38,054 bases of DNA from Candidatus Zixiibacteriota bacterium (lineage in GTDB: Bacteria > Zixibacteria > MSB-5A5 > WJJR01), in assembly GCA_016199865.1 (NCBI GenBank), contig JACQFV010000184.1, forward strand, positions 1-38,054. The letters run 5' to 3'. Below are positions 10,209-18,819 of the stretch, piece by piece; position 1 is the first letter of the stretch; the number at the start of each line of letters is the position of its first letter. Under the pieces are notes generated by a model. The model had not been told where the DNA came from, did not search any database, and worked only from the letters and a program-made list of their open reading frames with translations. The position numbers and the translations under genes were made by a program.

Positions 10209-11686
10209 ACGAACACCGGCCGGGCACGGATCGTGTCGAGGTAACGGTGGTGGTGCCGGGTCACAATGAGCAGGACAATGTCGCGCCGCTTCTGGATCAA
10301 TTCGGGGAACTGTCCCGACGCGCCCGATTCACGATGGAAGTCGTCTTCGTCGATGACGGCTCGACCGATCAAACCCTGCCGCGCGTGGTGGATGCGCAGA
10401 CCCGTCATCGCTTCGTGCGCATCGTGGCATTGCCCTCGCGTCGCGGTCTGACCGAGGCCCTGCGCGCCGGGTTCAGCGTTGCCCGCGGCGAGATTCTGGT
10501 CTTCTATCCCGCCGACCGGCAGTTTCATCCCGCCGACATCCCCCGCCTGGTCGAAAAGGTGCGCGGCGGATTTGACCTGGTTACCGGACGGAAGATCGGC
10601 CAGTACAGCAAACGATTCGTCTCCGGGTTCTACAATCGGCTGTCGCGGCTTCTGTTTCCCTCGATTCAGGTCTCGGACCTGAATTCGGTCAAGGCCTTTC
10701 GCCGGGAATTGATCGACGTCTTCGATTACCGCCATGACTGGCACCGCTTCTGGGTGGCGATCGTTTCGGAGGCGGGGTACCGCGTCGGCGAAGTCGATGT
10801 CACCCTCTATGATCGTGGCGCCGGGAAATCCAAGTACGGTCTTTGGCGCATTCCGGGGGGCATCCTCGATTTGTTGGCTGTGAAATTCCAATTGCACACG
10901 ATGCGTCGACCCCTGCGATACTTCGGGACAATCGGGATGGCGCTGCTCCTCGGCGCAGTCCTTGTCGGTTTGATCGCCGTCTATGAGCGGTTTGTGCTCG
11001 GCCACGGGTTTCGGCCGCTTCTGTACTTGGTCATGACGCTATCCCTGTCGGGGATGTTGCTTTTCGCCATCGGCTTTCTGGCGGAGGCGCTGGCGGGGGT
11101 GCGGCAGCAGGTTGACGCCCTGCACCCGACACCGAAATACCAGATTTACCGGGCGACCTCGCAGGTGCGATTCCCCCATGCCGTATCGCCACCGCCGGGG
11201 CGTCCCGAGCGACCAGAACGACCAGAACACGGCTCAGCCGATCGTCCCGAGCGTAGGCGGGAAGGGCGAGGCGGTCGCGACGGAAGCCGTCGCGGCCGAC
11301 CGGGTCCGGATCGCCCGCCGCGCACACATGACCGAACGCCATCGACTACTCACGCGGCGGTTGGATCGGCGGGTGGAGGTGGAACAACGCCGCAGGAACC
11401 TGCGGAACCGTTGCCTGCCGCTCCGAAAGAACAAAGAATGGATGTGTCACTTCCCTACGCGATCCCCGAGGTGCCGCCCCGTGTATCCGAGTCCCGCCCG
11501 GCGCCCGCTGATTTGGAATCTCCACTGGAATTGCCCCTTCGTCCACGAACGGAACCGCTCCCCGCGCCCAAGCCATTGCCGCCAGACCCGATCATGACAC
11601 CAGCGGACGAAAGCCCGTCCGAGCCGCCGGTGCCGTCGAACGAACCCGAGCGGCGCGACATGTATGGGCGACGCCGCCGGCCGTGA
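10205..11686 (+). CDS. GT2 polyprenyl-phosphate glycosyltransferase (ArnC/GtrB/DPM-like) with long low-complexity C-terminal tail
   Basis: VVVPGHNEQDN, VFVDDGSTDQT. Two hydrophobic helices follow the catalytic domain (GTIGMALLLGAVLVGLIAVY; LLYLVMTLSLSGMLLFAIGFLAEAL). ATG 10205 overlaps the upstream stop (ATGA). The last ~170 aa are Pro/Arg/Glu-rich. Confidence 0.8.
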   Translation: MNEHRPGTDRVEVTVVVPGHNEQDNVAPLLDQFGELSRRARFTMEVVFVDDGSTDQTLPRVVDAQTRHRFVRIVALPSRRGLTEALRAGFSVARGEILVFYPADRQFHPADIPRLVEKVRGGFDLVTGRKIGQYSKRFVSGFYNRLSRLLFPSIQVSDLNSVKAFRRELIDVFDYRHDWHRFWVAIVSEAGYRVGEVDVTLYDRGAGKSKYGLWRIPGGILDLLAVKFQLHTMRRPLRYFGTIGMALLLGAVLVGLIAVYERFVLGHGFRPLLYLVMTLSLSGMLLFAIGFLAEALAGVRQQVDALHPTPKYQIYRATSQVRFPHAVSPPPGRPERPERPEHGSADRPERRREGRGGRDGSRRGRPGPDRPPRTHDRTPSTTHAAVGSAGGGGTTPQEPAEPLPAAPKEQRMDVSLPYAIPEVPPRVSESRPAPADLESPLELPLRPRTEPLPAPKPLPPDPIMTPADESPSEPPVPSNEPERRDMYGRRRRP

Positions 11687-12897
11687 GGATGCCTCTCGTG
11701 TCCGGCCCCGGCGATCGTTCCAACATTTTGTATCTCACCCACAATTATCCCCGTCACCCGGCGGACTTTTCCGGCCGGTTCATTGCCCGTTTGGCCGCGA
11801 TGATCGCCCAGCAGTACAGTCGCGTCCACGTTTTGGCGCCGCATGACGCGGGGGCGGCGCTGGAAGAAACGATGGATAGGGTGCGGGTCCGGCGCTTTCG
11901 TTATGCCGCCGATGCCAACGAAGCGCTCGCCTATCGGGGCGACTGGCGGAGTTCGTCGCTATTCGGGCCACGCGGGCTGTGGGCCCACCGGCGTTTTTTT
12001 CGCGCCTTCGATCGCGAAACCCAGCGGATGATTCGCGAGCTGTCGCCGCGCCTCCTGCACGCGCACTGGTGGGTGCCCGCCGGATGGATCGCCCGCCGTT
12101 ACCGTCGCGACGAGCGGCCGCTCATCGTGACCCTCCATGGCACCGACGTCCGTCTGCTGCGGCAGAAACGTTGGCTGCGCCCCCTGGCGGGGCGGGTCTT
12201 GGCGCGCGCCGATCTGATCACGACCGTTTCGACCTGGCTGGCCGATGACATCCGCACACTGTACCCCCGTGCCGCGGACAAAATCCGGGTGGCGCCCATG
12301 CCTCCCGACGATGCCATCTTCGTTCCCGCCGCGACTCCACGTCCGGCCAACGATCCGCCGCTGATAGTCTCGGTGACACGCTTTACCGCGCAGAAGCGCA
12401 ATGATATTCTCATCCGGGCGCTCGCGCGACTTCGCGATCAGGGTATACGATTTTGCTGCCGGCTGATCGGGGACGGCGGCCCATTGCGTCAGAATATCGA
12501 ATCACTGGTGACCGAACTGGGTCTGACGGCTTCGGTCGAATTCGCCGGCAGTATAACCCAGACGGCGCTGGCTGAAGAGTACCGCCGCGCCGATCTGGTT
12601 GCGCTGACCGCAGTGCAGGAGGGATTCGGGATGGCGCTCGTCGAAGCGCAATTGTGCGGCTGTGCCGTCGTTGGCGTACGTTCCGGCGGCGTGACCGACA
12701 TCATCGAGGATGGCCGCACCGGACTTCTGGCCCGGCCGGATGACCCGGATGATCTGGCGGTGGTCCTGGAAGGGGCACTCGCCGATTCCTCGCAGCGACC
12801 CCACCTTGCCGCCTCCGGCATGGAGTCCGCCCGTCGCCAGTTTTCCTCCGAGGCCATTGCCAATCGCTTCATCGAATGGTACAAAACGCTATCGTGA
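11683..12897 (+). CDS. GT4-family (GT-B fold) glycosyltransferase
   Basis: C-terminal GT-B signature EGFGMALVEAQLCGCAVVGVRSGGVTDIIEDGRTG. GTG 11683 overlaps the upstream stop (GTGA); ATG 11689 is an alternative start. Confidence 0.85.
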   Translation: MRMPLVSGPGDRSNILYLTHNYPRHPADFSGRFIARLAAMIAQQYSRVHVLAPHDAGAALEETMDRVRVRRFRYAADANEALAYRGDWRSSSLFGPRGLWAHRRFFRAFDRETQRMIRELSPRLLHAHWWVPAGWIARRYRRDERPLIVTLHGTDVRLLRQKRWLRPLAGRVLARADLITTVSTWLADDIRTLYPRAADKIRVAPMPPDDAIFVPAATPRPANDPPLIVSVTRFTAQKRNDILIRALARLRDQGIRFCCRLIGDGGPLRQNIESLVTELGLTASVEFAGSITQTALAEEYRRADLVALTAVQEGFGMALVEAQLCGCAVVGVRSGGVTDIIEDGRTGLLARPDDPDDLAVVLEGALADSSQRPHLAASGMESARRQFSSEAIANRFIEWYKTLS

Positions 12898-13024
12898 CGG
12901 CTTGGGGGGCAGGCAAGAGTTGCGGATTTTGCGGCCCGCGAGGATTATCATCTCAAGCGGTACAGCGTGACGGCTCGATTCGATCCCGAGCCCGAACTTC
13001 GCTGGCCCGGATTGACAAATTCCG

Positions 13025-13741
13025 ATGAATGCGCTCGTAGTATTACCAACCTACAACGAGAAGGACAATCTTCTCCGGATCGTCCCGGAAATTCTGGCTC
13101 AGGACGAACGGCTCTCGGTGCTCGTGGTCGATGACAATTCACCGGACGGCACCGGCCAATTGGCCGACCAGCTGGCCAAGGAGAGCGGCCGTGTCCATGT
13201 GTTGCACCGTAAAGCGAAAGAGGGACTCGGCAAGGCCTATTTGGCCGGTTTCCGTTGGGCGCTGGCGCATCCTTTCGAGTGCATTCTGGAGATGGACGCC
13301 GACTTCTCACATCACCCACGGTATCTCCCTGACCTGCTTTTGGCATCCGAATCGGCCGATCTGGTCTTGGGTTCGCGCTATGTGTCGGGTGTCAATGTCG
13401 TCAACTGGCCCATGGGACGGTTGCTCTTGTCTTATTACGCCAATGCCTACGCCCGCCGGGTCACCGGTTTGAGCGTCCGTGACCTGACCGGCGGATTCAA
13501 GTGTTTCCGGCGGCGGGTCTTGGAGGCGATCGATCTGGATGCGGTGCACTCCAATGGCTACGCCTTCCAGATCGAAATGACCTTCCGGGCCTGGAAACGA
13601 GGGTTTTCCATCCGCGAAGTTCCCATCGTCTTCACCGATCGCGAGCAGGGCAATTCCAAGATGTCCAAGGCGATCGTGCGCGAGGCGATCTGGATGGTCC
13701 CGAAACTGCGCTGGCTGTCCTGGACCGGGCAATTGGGTTAG
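13025..13741 (+). CDS. Polyprenol-phosphate mannosyltransferase-like GT2 (Dpm1/Ppm1-like, soluble)
   Basis: VVLPTYNEKDN, LVVDDNSPDGT, GLGKAY, EMDADFSHHP, TGGFKCFRR. No transmembrane segment. Confidence 0.85.
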   Translation: MNALVVLPTYNEKDNLLRIVPEILAQDERLSVLVVDDNSPDGTGQLADQLAKESGRVHVLHRKAKEGLGKAYLAGFRWALAHPFECILEMDADFSHHPRYLPDLLLASESADLVLGSRYVSGVNVVNWPMGRLLLSYYANAYARRVTGLSVRDLTGGFKCFRRRVLEAIDLDAVHSNGYAFQIEMTFRAWKRGFSIREVPIVFTDREQGNSKMSKAIVREAIWMVPKLRWLSWTGQLG

Positions 13742-13749
13742 TGGGCATC

Positions 13750-14661
13750 ATGTCGTCTCCGGGGACTGACTTGGAAGGTGCTCATGCCGCACTCCCCATC
13801 GAAATCTCGATCATCGTGGTGACTTACAACTCGGCCGGATGCATCAATCCATTTCTTAAGTCATTAAGACAATATCCGCCCACCCGCCCGTGGGAATTGA
13901 TCGTCAGTGACAACGCCTCGTCCGATGGCGGCCCTCAAGAGATTTCGGGGCGATTCCCCGCTGGCCGGCTGATCGCATCCTGCGTCAACCGGGGGTTTGC
14001 GACCGCGGTCAACGAAGCGGCACGCATGGCAAAAGGGAAGTATTACCTCCTCGCCAACCCGGATGTCTCTTGGGAGGGGCCGGTGATCGACCACCTGCGT
14101 GCATTCCTCGACTCCCATCCCCGAGCGGCGGCAGTCTGCCCGCGCCTGATCTACCCCGATGGCCGTCCCCAGCCCTCGACGAGGCGTTTTCCCATCCATT
14201 CCAACATCTGGTTTTCCCGGCAGTCGCCGTTGGGGCATATTGCTCAGAGCGGGACACGAAGCACCACCTACACGCTGGCGGATCCCCAGCAACCATCACC
14301 AGTGGAGGCGGCGGCAGCAACATTTCTCCTGGTGCGGGCCCCGGCCTTTCACGAAGTGGGGGGGATGGACTCTCGGTACTTTCTGTATGTCGAAGACACA
14401 GACCTTTGCCGACGTTGGCATGATGCGGGCTGGGAGGTCTGGATTGATCCCTTCGTGGCGGTCACGCACGCGTGGGCCAGCCGGATGAGCGTGAATCGTT
14501 CCCTGCGGCGACACCACCGCGAGGGCATCCGGCGGTATTTCCGCACACATTACCCGAACCAGAGAGTGCGGAACGCTATCGTGTTCGGCGCGCTCGGTCT
14601 GAGTGGTGTACTCGATGCTGTCTTCGGTCGATGGCGCCAACGTGGAGCCCGCTTGCCATGA
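13750..14661 (+). CDS. GT2-family glycosyltransferase (rhamnosyltransferase-like)
   Basis: IIVVTYNS, VSDNASSDG, NRGFATAVN, LANPDV, YVEDTDLCRR. Start is ATG 13750, or GTG 13741 overlapping the upstream TAG. The track ORF from 13501 lies inside the previous gene. Confidence 0.8.
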   Translation: MSSPGTDLEGAHAALPIEISIIVVTYNSAGCINPFLKSLRQYPPTRPWELIVSDNASSDGGPQEISGRFPAGRLIASCVNRGFATAVNEAARMAKGKYYLLANPDVSWEGPVIDHLRAFLDSHPRAAAVCPRLIYPDGRPQPSTRRFPIHSNIWFSRQSPLGHIAQSGTRSTTYTLADPQQPSPVEAAAATFLLVRAPAFHEVGGMDSRYFLYVEDTDLCRRWHDAGWEVWIDPFVAVTHAWASRMSVNRSLRRHHREGIRRYFRTHYPNQRVRNAIVFGALGLSGVLDAVFGRWRQRGARLP

Positions 14662-15740
14662 CTGATCTTGCCGTCCTCGCGGGCGCGGCGGCATCCGGGT
14701 GGGTGATCACGCGGTTTCTGGTGCCGCCACTGGCGGCCCTCTGTCGTCGGCGGGGATGGTTGGACCAGCCGGGGCCGCGCAAATCGCACCTCCGCCCCAC
14801 GCCCCGATTGACCGGAGTGGCGCTCTTCGCTGCAATCTGGGTCACTCTGGTTCTGTGCGCCCTGTTCTTGCCCCGCTGGATCGGCGAATTTGCCTCACAT
14901 GCGACCGTCACGCTCGCGGGCGCCCTGCTCATGCTGGCCCTGGGCGTGGTCGATGATCTGCGGCCATTGTCCGGGCTGGCGAAGCTGATCGGGCAGGCAT
15001 CGATCGGTTCACTGCTATTCGCAGGTGGAATCGGCTTTGATCGTCTGTGGGTCCCCTTTGTCGGCGGCATCGAGCTGGGCATTCTGTCTTGGCCGGTGAC
15101 ATTGGTATGGTTTCTGGTCTTGGTCAATGCGGTCAACATTATCGATGGCATGGATGGTCTGGCGGTCAGCACCACCGCCGTGGCCACGCTGCCTTTGATC
15201 TGGGTCAGTTGGACACTGCACCTGCCGGCGATCTGGATCGGCGCGGCCGCCTTATGCGGCGGGCTGATTGCCTTCTGGAAGTACAATCGTCCGCCCGCGA
15301 CGGTTTTCATGGGGGATTCCGGCTCTCTGACCCTGGGTTACTTTTTGGCCATCGTCGCGCTCTTGGCGCCGATCAAACGGTTCACGGCTTTGGCCTTTTT
15401 TGTGCCGATTTTGGCGCTGCTGTTGCCATTGGCAGAATCAGCATTCGCGTTCGGCCGCCGTTCTTGGGCGCGGACCAATCCGCTTGGCGCCGACTCAGGA
15501 CACCTGCACCATCGTCTCTTGGATGCCGGCTGGAGCCAAGGGCGAATCCTGATCGCCTACAACGGCTTCGCATTGGCCCTAGGGGCGTTTTGTGTCGGTT
15601 TTCGCTATGGCAATCGCCGCCTTCTGGCGATACTGCTCGGCATTTTTGTGTTGTCGATCATTCTGGGCTTGGGTATCATCCTCCGCCAGCGGGTTGGGAG
15701 CGGCAGCAATCGCTCTGTTCACAGGGCCACAGAGGGGTAG
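14658..15740 (+). CDS. Polyprenyl-phosphate N-acetylhexosamine-1-phosphate transferase, MraY/WecA family
   Basis: Polytopic. LDQPGPRKSH, NAVNIIDGMDGLA, VFMGDSGSLTLGY, HLHHRLL. ATG 14658 overlaps the upstream stop (ATGA). Confidence 0.85.
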   Translation: MTDLAVLAGAAASGWVITRFLVPPLAALCRRRGWLDQPGPRKSHLRPTPRLTGVALFAAIWVTLVLCALFLPRWIGEFASHATVTLAGALLMLALGVVDDLRPLSGLAKLIGQASIGSLLFAGGIGFDRLWVPFVGGIELGILSWPVTLVWFLVLVNAVNIIDGMDGLAVSTTAVATLPLIWVSWTLHLPAIWIGAAALCGGLIAFWKYNRPPATVFMGDSGSLTLGYFLAIVALLAPIKRFTALAFFVPILALLLPLAESAFAFGRRSWARTNPLGADSGHLHHRLLDAGWSQGRILIAYNGFALALGAFCVGFRYGNRRLLAILLGIFVLSIILGLGIILRQRVGSGSNRSVHRATEG

Positions 15741-16718
15741 ATGGGACCAGGCACCTATCTCGATTTCGAGAAGCCGGTTGTGGAATTGGAAGCGAAGATT
15801 CGCGACATACGCGAATTCGCGCGGGGCGAGAGTGTTGAGCTGTCGCGCGAATTACACCTTCTGGAACGAAAACTCGAGCGCCTCCGTCAGGACACTTTTT
15901 CCAATCTAAGTCGTTGGCAGCGTGTGCAGTTGGCGCGACACCCTATGCGCCCCTGCTCACAGGATTACATCGATAAAATGACGACCGGGTTTGTGCCCTT
16001 GCACGGTGATCGGGCCTACGGCGATGACCGCGCTCTGATCGGCGGCCCGGCGATGCTTGGGGATCGGCCGATCATGATTTTGGGTCAACAGAAGGGCCGC
16101 ACGACCAAAGAAAAACTCGCCAACAACTTCGGCATGTGCCATCCGGAGGGATATCGTAAGGCAATGCGACTCATGATCTTGGCGTCGAAATTCGGCCGTC
16201 CCGTCGTGATCCTCATCGATACGCCCGGCGCCTTCCCCGGCATACAGGCCGAAGAACGCGGCCAAGCCGAGGCGATTGCCCGGAATCTGCGGGAAATGTC
16301 GATTCTGCCCGTCCCGATCATCGTCTCGGTTGTCGGCGAAGGCGCCTCCGGCGGCGCCTTAGGGATCGGTATCGGGGACCGGCTGCTAATGCTGGAGAAT
16401 GCCTGGTACTCGGTCATCTCGCCGGAGGGATGCGCCGCCATTCTCTGGCCGGGCGAGGCCGCAGCCAATGCACCACGCGCGGCCGAAGCCCTGCGGGTCA
16501 CGGCGGAGGACATGAGCGAGTTTGGCCTGGTTGATCGGATCGTGCCAGAGCCGTTGGGAGGCGCCCACCGCGACCCGAACACCGCGGCATCGCTCCTGCA
16601 TGCCACCATACTCGAATGTCTGGTTGAGTTAAGCCCGCAGCCCGTCGACGATCTTCTGGCGCGTCGTCGTGACAAGTACCGGCGCGTCGGCGTGTTTGCC
16701 GAGGATGAAACGTTTTGA
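15741..16718 (+). CDS. accA: Acetyl-CoA carboxylase carboxyltransferase subunit alpha
   Basis: LDFEKPVVELEAKI, LARHPMRP, IDTPGAFPGIQAEERGQAEAIA, GEGASGGALG. The ATG directly follows the upstream TAG. Confidence 0.92.
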   Translation: MGPGTYLDFEKPVVELEAKIRDIREFARGESVELSRELHLLERKLERLRQDTFSNLSRWQRVQLARHPMRPCSQDYIDKMTTGFVPLHGDRAYGDDRALIGGPAMLGDRPIMILGQQKGRTTKEKLANNFGMCHPEGYRKAMRLMILASKFGRPVVILIDTPGAFPGIQAEERGQAEAIARNLREMSILPVPIIVSVVGEGASGGALGIGIGDRLLMLENAWYSVISPEGCAAILWPGEAAANAPRAAEALRVTAEDMSEFGLVDRIVPEPLGGAHRDPNTAASLLHATILECLVELSPQPVDDLLARRRDKYRRVGVFAEDETF

Positions 16719-16725
16719 TCGGGGG

Positions 16726-16905
16726 ATGGGCGACGCGCGAATGCTGGATCCTGAATTCCTCCAGATGCTCGTGTGCCCGGCGTGCAAGGGTGACCTCAAG
16801 CACGATTCGGATGCCGGGACCCTTGAATGCCTCCGTTGCCGTTTACGCTACCGGATCAAGGATGAAATCCCGATCATGCTGGTGGAGGAGGCCGAGCGAT
16901 TCTGA
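16726..16905 (+). CDS. Trm112/UPF0434-family zinc-ribbon protein
   Basis: LVCPACKGDL...LECLRCRLRYRIKDEIPIMLVEEA. Start ambiguous (ATG 16705, 16726 or 16741). Confidence 0.7.
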   Translation: MGDARMLDPEFLQMLVCPACKGDLKHDSDAGTLECLRCRLRYRIKDEIPIMLVEEAERF

Positions 16906-16953
16906 ACTGCCGTGAATAATCGCATCGACCATGCCCGCTTGGAGACGCCCTCA

Positions 16954-17406
16954 ATGAAATTGTCCAAGTTCTGTGAAGAAGAACTGATGTCGTTCGATCT
17001 GTCCGGACCGACCAAGACCGACGTCATCCGCGAGTTGGTCGATCTGGCCGCCAAATCGAGCACGGTGCGCGACCGCGATGAACTCTTGGCGGCCGTTCTG
17101 GAGCGGGAGAAACTGGTCACGACCGGCGTCGGATATGGCGTCGCCTTTCCACATGCCAAGACGCGGGCGACGAAGGGAATCATCATCGTCTTCGGCCGCT
17201 CCGAAATCGGTGTGGACTTCGAAGCCATGGACAAGAAACACGTGCATCTGTTCTTTCTGATCGCGGCGCCAGAGGATGCCATCGGGGCGCATCTGAACGT
17301 CATGGCGCGGCTGTCCTACATCATGAAAAGCGAGAAGAACCGCGAACGGCTGATGCGGGCCCGGACGGCCGGCGAAGTCATGCTGATTTTGGATTCGGCG
17401 CCCTAA
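16954..17406 (+). CDS. ptsN: PTS EIIA type-2 domain protein (PtsN / EIIA-Ntr-like)
   Basis: EREKLVTTGVGYGVAFPHAK (phospho-His region), HLFFLIAAPED, SKFCEEELMSFDL start region. ATG 16954 has GGAG about 9 nt upstream; the track start at GTG 16912 is possible. Confidence 0.78.
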   Translation: MKLSKFCEEELMSFDLSGPTKTDVIRELVDLAAKSSTVRDRDELLAAVLEREKLVTTGVGYGVAFPHAKTRATKGIIIVFGRSEIGVDFEAMDKKHVHLFFLIAAPEDAIGAHLNVMARLSYIMKSEKNRERLMRARTAGEVMLILDSAP

Positions 17407-17430
17407 CCGAATGCCGGCGGGAGGCGCGGC

Positions 17431-18249
17431 GTGTGGCGGCGGTTTGTCTGGTGGTCATCCAAGCGGCCCACGGTTCTGCCGTGGGCCTTTGTGCTGTCCG
17501 GGTTGCTCCTTCTGTCGGGCTCGGGCGCGCGATCGACCATCTCCGGATTATTCGTGCGCTTGGTTTATGCTCCCTTTTTGGCAGTACACTACCGCATCGC
17601 CGCCGGGGCCGAAGTCTTCGCTGAGAATCACGACTTGAAGGCCCGGTTGGCGGTTCTCGAAGTCGACAATCAGCGTCTGCGCGAGGCGGCCATCGAGAAT
17701 GGCCGTTTACGCCGCCTCTTGGACTTCACACCGGGGTGGCGCGGGCGGTCCATCGCCACCGAAGTCGTCGGTCCCTTGGCGCCCGGATCGGGCATCCTCT
17801 GGATCGGCGCCGGTTCGCGACGATTCATTCAGGCCGAATGGCCGGTGGTCTCCGAGGATGGCCTCTTGGGACGGGTTGCCGAGGTCTCGCCCGATTTGTC
17901 GCGCGTGCGGACGATCTGGGACCGTCTCCTGCGCGTGGCGGCTTACGATCAACGCAGCCGGGTAACCGGCATCGTCGAATGGGAGTCGGGAGCGAACCTG
18001 CGGCTCAATTACGTCATGCGCTCGGCCGACGTGCGCCCGGGCGACACCGTGATCTCTTCCGGCTGGGGCGGTGTCTTTCCCAAGGGATTAATCATCGGCT
18101 CGGTGGCCAAAGTCGACACGCTCATGTTGGGTGATTTTCTGAACGTATCCGTCAAACCGGCCGTGCGTCCTGACCGGCTTGAGGAAGTCTTCGTCATCCA
18201 GCCGGTGCCGAACGATACACTGGATAGCGAAGATCAGGGGGCGCCATGA
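17431..18249 (+). CDS. mreC: Rod shape-determining protein MreC
   Basis: N-terminal membrane anchor, coiled-coil LKARLAVLEVDNQRLREAAIENGRLRRLLDF, C-terminal GDTVISSGWGGVFPKGLIIG. Confidence 0.85.
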   Translation: MWRRFVWWSSKRPTVLPWAFVLSGLLLLSGSGARSTISGLFVRLVYAPFLAVHYRIAAGAEVFAENHDLKARLAVLEVDNQRLREAAIENGRLRRLLDFTPGWRGRSIATEVVGPLAPGSGILWIGAGSRRFIQAEWPVVSEDGLLGRVAEVSPDLSRVRTIWDRLLRVAAYDQRSRVTGIVEWESGANLRLNYVMRSADVRPGDTVISSGWGGVFPKGLIIGSVAKVDTLMLGDFLNVSVKPAVRPDRLEEVFVIQPVPNDTLDSEDQGAP

Positions 18250-18758
18250 CCCTGCTGCGCTGGCTACTCTTGGTGATTAGTGTCGTGGTCTATCGGGTGT
18301 GGTTTCCCGAACCACCGCTGCCGCCGCCGATGCGTTTGGATTACGATCTGGTGGTCATCGCCGCTGTCGCGTTGTATCGGGGGGGTGGCATTGGAACAAT
18401 TGCCGGGTGGGGGATCGGCTTTCTGGCCGCGGCCACCGATCCGGACCGGATGGCATGGGGGGGACTCTTGGGGGCGTGTCTGGGTTGGACGGTCGGCGCC
18501 GGCAAGGAACGTCTCTTTCTCGAATATGCGGTTTCGCGGTGGATGGTCTTCTGGGGTGTATTGGTGCTTTACAAATTCGTCGACCTTGTTGTGATGACGC
18601 GTGGTGACGGGGGCTTGCTATTGGCATCGTTGTTCTCGGGCGTGCTGGCGTCTTCTGGACTGACCGCCACCGTGGGAGCAGTCGCCACGATCATCTGGGA
18701 ACGGACACGGCCCCCCCATCGGATAACTGCGGCCATGGCTGTCGATGATTCCAATTGA
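18246..18758 (+). CDS. mreD: Rod shape-determining protein MreD (by position and topology)
   Basis: 170-aa polytopic membrane protein. Its ATG overlaps the mreC stop (ATGA 18246-18249), and it lies between mreC and mrdA. Confidence 0.6.
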   Translation: MTLLRWLLLVISVVVYRVWFPEPPLPPPMRLDYDLVVIAAVALYRGGGIGTIAGWGIGFLAAATDPDRMAWGGLLGACLGWTVGAGKERLFLEYAVSRWMVFWGVLVLYKFVDLVVMTRGDGGLLLASLFSGVLASSGLTATVGAVATIIWERTRPPHRITAAMAVDDSN

Positions 18759-18819
18759 CCCTATGGAACCCCCGGTCGCGGCGGCTGCCTATTCCACCTG
18801 AGAGATTGGTTGGACTGAA

